A DNA stretch of 64,000 bases. Origin: a virus. A program made the position numbers and the translations under genes. Where the stretch lies: positions 32,001 through 96,000 of the IMG/VR virus record IMGVR_UViG_3300042301_004349. One strand, 5' to 3'. The notes below the pieces were generated by a model. The model was given only the letters and a program-made list of their open reading frames with translations, was not told where the DNA came from and made no database searches. Positions 55,677 through 64,000 of the stretch are shown piece by piece; within the stretch, counting starts at the first letter, position 1; the number at the start of each line of letters is the position of its first letter.

Positions 55677-56605
55677 TCTACATCAAAGAAAAATAGGTGA
55701 AAGAATCTAGCATTTTCAATTTCGTCTCCGAAATAACCTGTTGCTGCGTGTATTGCTTTTGAATCAAACATAACTAATCTATTGTAAATGTTAGCTATAC
55801 TATCTACTAATTCGAAGGTTGATTTATCGTAGAAATTCATTTCACTACTTAATCCCTTAAAGGTATTATAATACTCATCTCCTCCTGGTTGATCGAACCT
55901 AGTAGCTCCTGTTATTTTGCTTTTATATGTAGCTGTACCTGTTTGTAATGGGGCATCTGGTGTTAAATAAACCATTGCAGCATACGTTTGAGAATCAACG
56001 TGATAAACTATTGGATCTTGAGAGGTACAATATTGAAAAACACCATTTGCATATGATGAATGGTTCCAATTTGTAATTTTCTTACCTAAAATTTCTTCAA
56101 ATTTTTCTTTAGTACCGTTTAGAATAAATCTATCGTAACTGCGTTTGCCTTTATGATAACCTGATTCTTTGAAATCAAGATTATTCATAGCATATTCTCT
56201 TACTAAATCAGGATTGTCATAAAAATTATCTACAACGACAACACCTTTTTTAGCTGTTTGAATAAATCCAGAATGGTATACTATCCATTTTTTAAAAGAA
56301 TCAATATTATCTACTACTGAATTGTCTTGTAATATGATTCCAAGAGGTTTGTTTATGTCTTGTTCTGTAAGAAGAATTTTAAATTCAACTAGATCTGTTG
56401 GGATGTTAGGGTAAAATTCCTTTACATCTGGTCTTGATTCAAATCCAGGAGAAATAATTTCTTCACCAATTGTGAATGCTTTAATAGGTTGTGTTGCGTG
56501 TGATATCCATCCTTTAATAGTGTAAACATTATTATTAGAGAAAACATCATCAATGTACCACAACACACCATCAACATTAGTTAAATGATTAATATGATCG
56601 GCCAT
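55670..56605 (-). CDS. 2OG-Fe(II) oxygenase-like protein (DUF6445-like) with extra N-terminal domain
   Basis: VVDNFY.NPD.VR, YHVD (HxD), VYLTPDAP..GT, YNRLVMFD...IH, R. Confidence 0.8.
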   Translation of the reverse strand: MADHINHLTNVDGVLWYIDDVFSNNNVYTIKGWISHATQPIKAFTIGEEIISPGFESRPDVKEFYPNIPTDLVEFKILLTEQDINKPLGIILQDNSVVDNIDSFKKWIVYHSGFIQTAKKGVVVVDNFYDNPDLVREYAMNNLDFKESGYHKGKRSYDRFILNGTKEKFEEILGKKITNWNHSSYANGVFQYCTSQDPIVYHVDSQTYAAMVYLTPDAPLQTGTATYKSKITGATRFDQPGGDEYYNTFKGLSSEMNFYDKSTFELVDSIANIYNRLVMFDSKAIHAATGYFGDEIENARFFHLFFFDVEW

Positions 56606-56622
56606 AAAAGTTATTGTTTTAT

Positions 56623-56654
56623 GGAATGTACGATAAAACTATTTAATTTCCAAA
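56623..56654 (-). promoter_or_regulatory. Bacteroidota-type promoter driving the oxygenase/GT operon
   Basis: TTTG-N20-TACATTCC, similar to the host consensus TTTG-N19-21-TAnnTTTG. Confidence 0.55.
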
Positions 56655-56658
56655 CCTT

Positions 56659-59600
56659 TTATTTATTATCTACTAAGTAGTTAATTTGTTGTTTTAGATC
56701 TTCGATTTGTTGTTGTTGTTCTTTAATACCTTCAATTAATAGAGGTACAATTCTATCATACTTTACAGTAAGATAATTTTCACCAGTCTTAGATACTACT
56801 TCTCCTGTTTCAGCCACACCTTGCATATCAAATGGAGCTAAAGAAACAGCTTGAGGCAATACAGCCTGAATTTGTTGAGCAGACACACCCGCTTGTTCTT
56901 TTTGGTTTGTATAACCAAGACTACGTGCTAATTCATTTTCCACATATACAAATCCTTCTAATGATTTAATCTTTTCTATAGCATCTGTAATAGTATTTAT
57001 CTTAGTTTTTAATCTTTCATCAGAATAATATGCTGTAACATCTCCTGTACCATAATAGTTACCACTTCCAAAGTTACCACCACCCGCATTCAAACCACAT
57101 AATGATGAACCATTAATTACTTGGTGATGCCATGTTGCTCCGTTACCACAGTTCCAAACTACACCATAACTTTCAGTCATTCTTGTTCCTGTAGAGTTTC
57201 CTATTTCTGCACCAGATCCTGAAAGAACCATAGTTCCCGCTAAACGAAAGTTAGCTGTTCTTACTATATCATTAGATGATATAGCTCCATTTACATCAAG
57301 CTTATATGCAGGAGTAGTAGTGCCTATGCCTACTCTACTAGGGTAAGTATTTGTAGCACCAGATACGTTAAGAAGTATATTTCCAGCATGGTCTCTAACT
57401 CTAAACCCTTCATTAGAATGGGTACCTATAACAGTCCAATACCCATCCTGCATAATATACTTATTCAGGTCAGCATTATCAGCTGTTTTGAATACAACTT
57501 TACCTGATGTTCCACTTGAACCTGATTCAAATATATAATCACCACCCTGAGTAATTTTAAAGTAGTCTCCACGAAAACCTGTACCAATACTAAACTCGTT
57601 ACCTGCTGAACCTGTATGTCCAATAGACCAAGTAGTAGGGCCATTAAAACCTATTCTACCATAGTATTGACCACCACCATAATCGTTATACCCAAGTCTA
57701 ATTCTAGTGTCTCCACTAGGTGTAGTAATTGTAAAAGGTCTTGCATTTGCACTAAACAAACCATCAGTTGTATACCCTGAAAATGTTGCATTAAATCCTA
57801 TATTAGATGCCCCATTAACAATGTACCCAGGGCCGTTAGAAAGTTGACTAAGATTAGTAAGATTACCACTATGCCACATTGTTACCCAACCACCCCATGT
57901 ACCTGCATCAGCAGATCTCATATATAATCTGTTCCCACCTGTATCAAAAAATAATTGTTGGTGATAATTGCCCGGGTGAGTATCTATTTGTAATAAAGCA
58001 CCCCCATTATGAATAACAGTTGGTCTATTACTCCAATCACCCGTAGATCCTCTGTATAAACCTGTACCATTAAATGCATTTACATTAACACCAGGTTGAG
58101 CAGCTTGATATAAAGAATCAAGAATCCCATACCCACTAAGTGTTGTAGGTTTTGATGAAACATTAGCAAATGATATACCAGTTATATATCCAGGCCCGTT
58201 GCTTAATTGGTTAAGATTAGTAAGATTACCACTATGATATACTGTGTTACCATTCCAGTTAATGCCTGTTCTAGTAATTCTAGCTATCTCTTGGTAAGTT
58301 CCAGTTGAAGCAGATTTAAAATACCAACCTGTTGTGTCATTTGCTTCAGCAAACTCTATAAATGTTGTTTGGTGGACCGCTGTAAATGTAGGACTAGAAG
58401 TAGCACCTGTAACAGATGCTCTAAAAGTCATCATATGGTTATTGTTTTCATAACCAGCTATTATACCATATGTATTTACACCCCCTGTACTTACAGTTAA
58501 TCTTCCTCCTGTTATTTGAAGGGACCCCGTTAATGTTCCTCCTGAAAGTGGTAAATAATTGCCTGGTGTAAAATTACCACTATGCCAAACATCTACATAA
58601 GAAGAATATGCTGTTCCTGAACCAAATGTCTGTTGCCATATCCTCATTCCAATTCCACTCTTAAGAAACATTACTAAGTTATCAGAACCTCCAGAACTAT
58701 CAGAATAAGAACGTAAATGTAAATAATCAGCATAAGGAGCACTATCATTATTAGCCCAAGATGTAAACCCAAATCTTAATTCAGCTGCATTATCTTCAGA
58801 AGGAGATATTGTTCTATTATCTCTAGAAGATAATCTACCTGAAGCACCAGATATTGTTGCAGAAGAAGTAATATATCCAGATGGATTACTACTATTATAA
58901 GGAGTATATCCTAAAGCTGTAGTAACTTGACTACTTGTTATACCTGTAAGATAAGATTGATTAGTAACCCAAGTTCTAGTAGCTACTTCATTTCCTCCAT
59001 ATCTTAATATACCACCATTTGATTGTAGGTCTAAATCAAATGAAGCAAAATCACTTGTTCTAGCTGCTTGAACTGCAACTTTATATCCACCGGCAGCTCC
59101 AAGAGATGCTACATATAAATGTACATCAGACCCACCAATCCTTGCATGAGCTACAGAATCTGAGTTTAGAGAAGATGGTCTTGTTAATCCATTACCTATA
59201 TTTACTCTACCATCTAGATTAAGAGTTGTAGATGTAGATGCCCCACGTCCTGTAACAGTAGCTAAAGTTTCACTTGCTGCTAAACCTGAAATATTTGTTT
59301 GGTCTCCTGTATTTGTACCACTTAAGTTTGCAGCACTAAGATTACCTGTAAAGGCAGCAGTACCATCTAAAGCCATACTAAATCTTGTTTCAGAATCTAA
59401 TGCTGCCCAACTTCTAGCTATTTTAAATTTATCAGCATCTGAATTATCAATACCCATTGACCACCCAATAACATCACCTATGTCAAAAGATAATATCGGA
59501 TCTCCACCTGTTGCAGTGCTTGTTCTTAAAGAAAGAACTGCATTTGATGTACTAGTAGTACCAGTATTATATAAATAAATTACTGGAACATTAGTATTTG

Positions 59601-60744
59601 CAGGAGTGCTATAGGTGTTATTAGCATTTGTAATAGTAAAACCAGTATTAGTTGTACCGTTTCTTAATATTACATTTTGTAAAGTACTTGTTTCAGTATA
59701 AGATGTTAAATATGTAGAATTATCATAGCTTATAGTAGCACCACTTGCTTTTACAAAACCAGTACCATTAATATTTGCAGTACCAGTAGCACCTTGGATA
59801 CCTTGAAAGCCTTGATCACCCTTAGCACCTTGAAAGCCTTGATTACCTTGAAATCCAAATCCTTGGAAACCTTGGTCGCCTTTAGCTCCTTGGAAACCTT
59901 GATCGCCTTTCGCTCCTTGGAAACCTTGGTTGCCTTGGAATCCAAAACCTTGAAAGCCTTGATCACCCTTTGCACCTTGATTTCCTTGATCTCCCTTAGC
60001 ACCTTGTGCTCCTGTATTTCCTTGAGGTCCTGTTGGGCCTTGAGCACCAGTATTTCCTTGGTCACCTTTTACACCCTGAGCTCCTTGAGAACCCTGAATG
60101 CCTTGCACAGACATATCTGTAGTAAATGCCCAAGTTCCTCCACTACGTAAATACAATTTACCATAATCAGGATCTGATGTTGATAGAGAACCTGCTACTA
60201 AACCGAATTGTCCTTCAGGACAAGTGGTGTCAGCTAAAAGTGCAGCTACGCTGTTATATGTTTGATAGATTATAAATCCCTGGCCTGTAATACCTTGGAA
60301 TCCTTGGTCGCCCTTAAATCCTTGATCTCCTTTTATACCTTGAATACCTTGGATGCCTTGTGCTCCTGTAGTGCCTTGGTCACCTTGAAAGCCTTGATCG
60401 CCTTTAGTTCCTTGGATACCTTGAAATCCTTGGAAGCCTTGGTCGCCCTGATCTCCCTGAAAGCCCTGGTCACCTTTAGTTCCTTGAATACCTTGTGCAC
60501 CTTGAATGCCTTGAAAACCTTGACGTCCCTGAGCACCTTGTGCTCCATCGGCACCAACATAACCATTAGCACCCTGTGGTCCCTGGTCTCCCTGAGCCCC
60601 AACTGGTGTGAAATGTATTTCTCCAGTACTTTGATTAAGTACTAGATACTTGTCTAATGAACCTGTGTCTTGTGTTAAAGTAGGTAGTTTAAAACTACCT
60701 GATACTTCTAATGAACCTGTAACGGAGGCGTTGTGTATTCTCAT
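56659..60744 (-). CDS. collagen-containing long tail fibre with C-terminal S74 chaperone
   Basis: N-terminal Gly-X-Y tracts, modular fibre repeats (HSGNLTNL.QLSNGPGY), YSDERLK...GVSAQ...LIEGIKEQ. Confidence 0.9.
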   Translation of the reverse strand: MRIHNASVTGSLEVSGSFKLPTLTQDTGSLDKYLVLNQSTGEIHFTPVGAQGDQGPQGANGYVGADGAQGAQGRQGFQGIQGAQGIQGTKGDQGFQGDQGDQGFQGFQGIQGTKGDQGFQGDQGTTGAQGIQGIQGIKGDQGFKGDQGFQGITGQGFIIYQTYNSVAALLADTTCPEGQFGLVAGSLSTSDPDYGKLYLRSGGTWAFTTDMSVQGIQGSQGAQGVKGDQGNTGAQGPTGPQGNTGAQGAKGDQGNQGAKGDQGFQGFGFQGNQGFQGAKGDQGFQGAKGDQGFQGFGFQGNQGFQGAKGDQGFQGIQGATGTANINGTGFVKASGATISYDNSTYLTSYTETSTLQNVILRNGTTNTGFTITNANNTYSTPANTNVPVIYLYNTGTTSTSNAVLSLRTSTATGGDPILSFDIGDVIGWSMGIDNSDADKFKIARSWAALDSETRFSMALDGTAAFTGNLSAANLSGTNTGDQTNISGLAASETLATVTGRGASTSTTLNLDGRVNIGNGLTRPSSLNSDSVAHARIGGSDVHLYVASLGAAGGYKVAVQAARTSDFASFDLDLQSNGGILRYGGNEVATRTWVTNQSYLTGITSSQVTTALGYTPYNSSNPSGYITSSATISGASGRLSSRDNRTISPSEDNAAELRFGFTSWANNDSAPYADYLHLRSYSDSSGGSDNLVMFLKSGIGMRIWQQTFGSGTAYSSYVDVWHSGNFTPGNYLPLSGGTLTGSLQITGGRLTVSTGGVNTYGIIAGYENNNHMMTFRASVTGATSSPTFTAVHQTTFIEFAEANDTTGWYFKSASTGTYQEIARITRTGINWNGNTVYHSGNLTNLNQLSNGPGYITGISFANVSSKPTTLSGYGILDSLYQAAQPGVNVNAFNGTGLYRGSTGDWSNRPTVIHNGGALLQIDTHPGNYHQQLFFDTGGNRLYMRSADAGTWGGWVTMWHSGNLTNLSQLSNGPGYIVNGASNIGFNATFSGYTTDGLFSANARPFTITTPSGDTRIRLGYNDYGGGQYYGRIGFNGPTTWSIGHTGSAGNEFSIGTGFRGDYFKITQGGDYIFESGSSGTSGKVVFKTADNADLNKYIMQDGYWTVIGTHSNEGFRVRDHAGNILLNVSGATNTYPSRVGIGTTTPAYKLDVNGAISSNDIVRTANFRLAGTMVLSGSGAEIGNSTGTRMTESYGVVWNCGNGATWHHQVINGSSLCGLNAGGGNFGSGNYYGTGDVTAYYSDERLKTKINTITDAIEKIKSLEGFVYVENELARSLGYTNQKEQAGVSAQQIQAVLPQAVSLAPFDMQGVAETGEVVSKTGENYLTVKYDRIVPLLIEGIKEQQQQIEDLKQQINYLVDNK
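59782..60600 (-). repeat. collagen triple-helix repeats (GFQ/GDQ/GAK/GIQ) in two tracts
   Basis: Gly-X-Y at about 60278-60600 and about 59782-60103. Confidence 0.93.
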
Positions 60745-60818
60745 TATTTTATACCTGGATTATTCTGGTATAAATATTAATTCTTAAATGTTAGTTAACA
60801 AATAATAATATATTGTTT

Positions 60819-61199
60819 TTAACAGAATGTTGTACAATACCCAACAACACTTCCTGCAACTCCATTACTAAATGAATAAATTGCTGCATCAAGATTATAA
60901 ACTCCTGAAAGTGGAGTAGAGCCAATGCTATTACCTCTTAACCATCTACCTGCACTTGTTTGATAAACAGTTAAATTCTCATTACAACCGCAATACCAAT
61001 CTAATGAAAAATAATAGGCATCCATTGCATTGCTCGTTACACCAGTCATAGATTCTGAGGCATAACCATAAAATTCACTCATAGCATCTGGTGTAGAGAA
61101 GCCTGCTAAACTACTGAGGGCACGTAAACTCCCATTACTAGTACCTAATTCACTTCTAATTTGTGAGATACTTATCTGTCCACTACTTGGTAAAGGCAT
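60819..61199 (-). CDS. small fibre-associated virion protein
   Basis: MPLPSSGQISISQIRSELG...MSEFYG N-terminus, typical of proteins encoded after S74 fibres. Confidence 0.65.
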   Translation of the reverse strand: MPLPSSGQISISQIRSELGTSNGSLRALSSLAGFSTPDAMSEFYGYASESMTGVTSNAMDAYYFSLDWYCGCNENLTVYQTSAGRWLRGNSIGSTPLSGVYNLDAAIYSFSNGVAGSVVGYCTTFC

Positions 61200-61211
61200 A
61201 TATATAAATAT

Positions 61212-64000
61212 TTACTTTTGTGATTTTAATTCGTCTATTTCTGCTTTTAATTCTTTGATTGCTTCGATAAGCACACCAACTATATTACCATACTTAACAC
61301 CATACTCATCTACGTCAGCAGCATAAGTGACAACTTCAGGTAATACTTCGTTTATTTCTTGAGCAATAACCCCTGTTTGTCTTCCTTTTTCTACTTCATC
61401 TATTTTAGTATAATACACACCTCTTAATTGTGTTACTTTATCTAAAGCATTATCTATAGTAGTAATATCTGTTTTCTTTCTTCTATCTGAGTATGCTGTA
61501 ATGTCTCCTGTTGCGTAAAGGCTACCATTAACATACACACGGTATGAACTAGATGTTGATGAATCACCAAGACCTAGACATACATTTCCTCTATGCCAGT
61601 ACCATGGCCAACGTCCACCCTGATTTTCACAGTATAAACCACCATTTCCACCTTCGTGCATATAGTTGCTAAAATATCCAGCATCATCTTTAATTAAAAG
61701 ACCATTGTAACCACCTTTAGCATATCCAAATATCTCCCAAGTACCATGGGATGATGATGCATTTCTTCTAAAATGTCCACCATAATCTTGTGAATATAAA
61801 CCAACATCACCATAAACCCTAAACCAGTTATTTGCATAAACAGCACCAAAAGAAGGATTTGTTTTATCAAAACCTGATAAACTTCCAGCACTACCAGTAA
61901 CATTAATACTCCATGTACCAGAGGCACCACCTCCTGTTAATGTAGGAGAGTAACTAGTATAGTTGTAATCAGTAAGTAATCTCTTCCAAGCTTTCCAGGT
62001 TCCATTATCTCCATTTCTACTTCTCATAGAAAATGAATCCCCTCCATAATCACCATTAAGTTGAATACCATACCCTGCTGCACCAAAATGTGCAACACAT
62101 CCTGTTAAAGGAGCACCATTAGAATAAGTAAATGCTGACCTATTACTAGGCATATTGTTTGCATTTGTTCCTGGGTATCCCTCAGTAAATCCATAATCAA
62201 AGAAATATCTGCCATCTAAAGTGCTAGTGTAATTGCTTGTAGTAAGGCCACCTGAAACACTTCCTGCACTGTTTGCATAGTTTACTGATTGGGATCCAAT
62301 ATTACCAGCATGTATAACAGCATTTCCAGTAGACATACCCCCACTAGTACCATTAACATAGAGCATACCTCTAATCTTAGTATTACCAGATGTATCTATT
62401 ATTAAACGACCATGATGAACATCACTACCTGACCAACCATCTCCAACCCCGTAATGGCCATTACCATCTTGTTGGTCACTGTATCCTATACTAAAAATAC
62501 CTGGGTTAAGATTAGCTATACCCATTGTCCATAGTCTATAACCTCCAGCACTTAAGTTACCACTCATTACAATATATGCCCCATGAGTACTGTTGTTAGC
62601 CGCATAGGCGTTAAGATGTAATCCAGGATAATATTCTGCATTAATAACTAATGCTTTTCTTGCATTATCATTAATAACTCTAGATGTGTTTGTTGATCCA
62701 ATAAGTAAAGCTGCTCCTGAAACTGCATTATTTACTATAAGCCTACTTAAATTTGATGTATCATTAGGATCTAGATAGTATCCTGTATCATTAGAATCGT
62801 AGAAAATTGGAGCACGTAATGAACCTGCGGCTTCTAAATATACATCAGTGTAAATATAAGAGTTAGCAATTACCATTCTTCTACTACCAGCCCACATCAT
62901 ACTAACATCATGTCCTGTATAACTTCCTATATATACAGAACTAGGAGTGTGTACATACATACCTGCTTCAATACCAGGAGATCTAGCATGTAAAACAAAT
63001 TTAACGTGAGGGCTATTACTAAATCTTACTTGTGTACCCCATCCTCCTGGATCTGACCAATCATCACCACTATCTCCTACATAAAGGTTTCTTAAACGAG
63101 AACCCCCTGCTGGGTTTAAATAATATGCTGTGTCATTTGAATCATAAAATATAGGAGCACGCATAGAGTGGTCACTAAACCAGTTTCCGCTATTATCACA
63201 ATAAGCACCCCAACTACTAGAAGTATTTAAAAATCCTATTCTACCACTATTAGTATGAATACGTCTAGTATTTTCATCAGTATCAGTCATATAGATATCG
63301 GATGATGTACTATTCCCTACGGTTAACGCTCCATATATTTGAACATTATAACTATTGTCCATTCTTAATCCCCAGTTACCTCCAGAGTTTAAGAAACCAA
63401 TTTCATTTGATGTATTAGCATATACATAACCTCTTAATGCACTCATATGACCACCAGTATAAAATCTAATTGATGATACACTAGTTGTTGATGACATATC
63501 CCAATACCCATTTGTATTAGAAGACAAGTGTTGGGTTGTTACCTGATTATATAAACCTTCATTTGAGCCATTATTTCTAAACCAGTTGTCTGCATAGACT
63601 TCAGTAAATGTTGGGGATGAACCACCTGTAACTAATCCTAATTGACTAATTAAGTGGGCAGGTGTAGATTTTCTTAAATAGTTATCTCCTGTACTTTGTG
63701 TCCATATCTGACCAATGGTAGGATTTTCTGAGTTGCCAGCAGATGAATTAAAATACGATCCAAAAATGTAGTTACCACTGATATGACCACTTCCATCTCT
63801 ATATACAATGGTATTAGCAGTAGCTGATGTTGTTGGGTTGTTAAATCCTGATATAGAACCTGCTGTACCTGTAATATGAATGCCCCAAGTGCCACTATTA
63901 GTTACAATAGTTTGCCATGCTCCTTTACCCCCACCGGTTGCTGGTCTTAAATAAAATTGACTTGTTGTACTATCATTACATGCTAAATCAAAACCTGCAA
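61212..64000 (-). CDS. tail fibre with C-terminal S74 chaperone (5' end probably beyond the window)
   Basis: frame stays open upstream of the TTG at 63527; RAPIFYDSNDT repeats; YSDRRKK...GVIAQE...LIEAIKEL. Confidence 0.85.
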   Translation of the reverse strand, partial: AGFDLACNDSTTSQFYLRPATGGGKGAWQTIVTNSGTWGIHITGTAGSISGFNNPTTSATANTIVYRDGSGHISGNYIFGSYFNSSAGNSENPTIGQIWTQSTGDNYLRKSTPAHLISQLGLVTGGSSPTFTEVYADNWFRNNGSNEGLYNQVTTQHLSSNTNGYWDMSSTTSVSSIRFYTGGHMSALRGYVYANTSNEIGFLNSGGNWGLRMDNSYNVQIYGALTVGNSTSSDIYMTDTDENTRRIHTNSGRIGFLNTSSSWGAYCDNSGNWFSDHSMRAPIFYDSNDTAYYLNPAGGSRLRNLYVGDSGDDWSDPGGWGTQVRFSNSPHVKFVLHARSPGIEAGMYVHTPSSVYIGSYTGHDVSMMWAGSRRMVIANSYIYTDVYLEAAGSLRAPIFYDSNDTGYYLDPNDTSNLSRLIVNNAVSGAALLIGSTNTSRVINDNARKALVINAEYYPGLHLNAYAANNSTHGAYIVMSGNLSAGGYRLWTMGIANLNPGIFSIGYSDQQDGNGHYGVGDGWSGSDVHHGRLIIDTSGNTKIRGMLYVNGTSGGMSTGNAVIHAGNIGSQSVNYANSAGSVSGGLTTSNYTSTLDGRYFFDYGFTEGYPGTNANNMPSNRSAFTYSNGAPLTGCVAHFGAAGYGIQLNGDYGGDSFSMRSRNGDNGTWKAWKRLLTDYNYTSYSPTLTGGGASGTWSINVTGSAGSLSGFDKTNPSFGAVYANNWFRVYGDVGLYSQDYGGHFRRNASSSHGTWEIFGYAKGGYNGLLIKDDAGYFSNYMHEGGNGGLYCENQGGRWPWYWHRGNVCLGLGDSSTSSSYRVYVNGSLYATGDITAYSDRRKKTDITTIDNALDKVTQLRGVYYTKIDEVEKGRQTGVIAQEINEVLPEVVTYAADVDEYGVKYGNIVGVLIEAIKELKAEIDELKSQK

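Noticed and set aside
63674-63895. 73-aa minus-strand ORF
   Set aside because: Out-of-frame overlap with the upstream continuation of the 61212 fibre gene
1-64000. Stop-codon reassignment, as seen in some Bacteroidota phages
   Set aside because: Core genes are full length in the standard code, and TAG/TGA terminate genes at expected positions (e.g. PolB and helicase end in TAG)

Overview
This 64-kb window is a segment of a large, AT-rich, T4-like-architecture myovirus genome, most likely infecting Bacteroidota. Host evidence is a Flavobacteria-type bS21, TTTG-N19-21-TAnnTTYN promoters and A-rich leaders without Shine-Dalgarno sites. Essentially all genes lie on the minus strand in the standard genetic code. 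Reading in the direction of transcription (64000 to 1), the window holds: (i) three S74-chaperone tail fibres, two of them collagen-like, which sandwich an operon of three 2OG-Fe(II) oxygenases and a two-domain GT-A glycosyltransferase; (ii) a contractile-tail module with sheath, tube, a chaperone carrying a probable +1/-2 programmed frameshift, tape measure, baseplate proteins and an amidase-tipped hub; (iii) replication and recombination genes (minimal PolA-like protein, SSB, RecA/UvsX, 5'-3' exonuclease, helicase, thioredoxin, class I RNR); (iv) a 7-deazaguanine cluster (queD, TGT/DpdA-like, queC, queE, folE) interleaved with a sugar epimerase and a purine PRTase; (v) bS21, dUTPase/dCTP deaminase, PolB, clamp and clamp loader; (vi) Hsp20, GroES, GroEL and ClpP; (vii) a GT4/GT4/methyltransferase/GT25 cluster. 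The best candidate for a new system is a phage-encoded collagen hydroxylation and glycosylation pathway. Other notable signals are an 18/19-nt inverted repeat enclosing hsp20, an H-type pseudoknot in the queC leader, and a recurrent ATATTTAT promoter-like motif, in several cases 4 nt from the ATG. No tRNA, rRNA, CRISPR array, intron or intein was recognised. All product calls come from motif recognition by eye, not from database searches.
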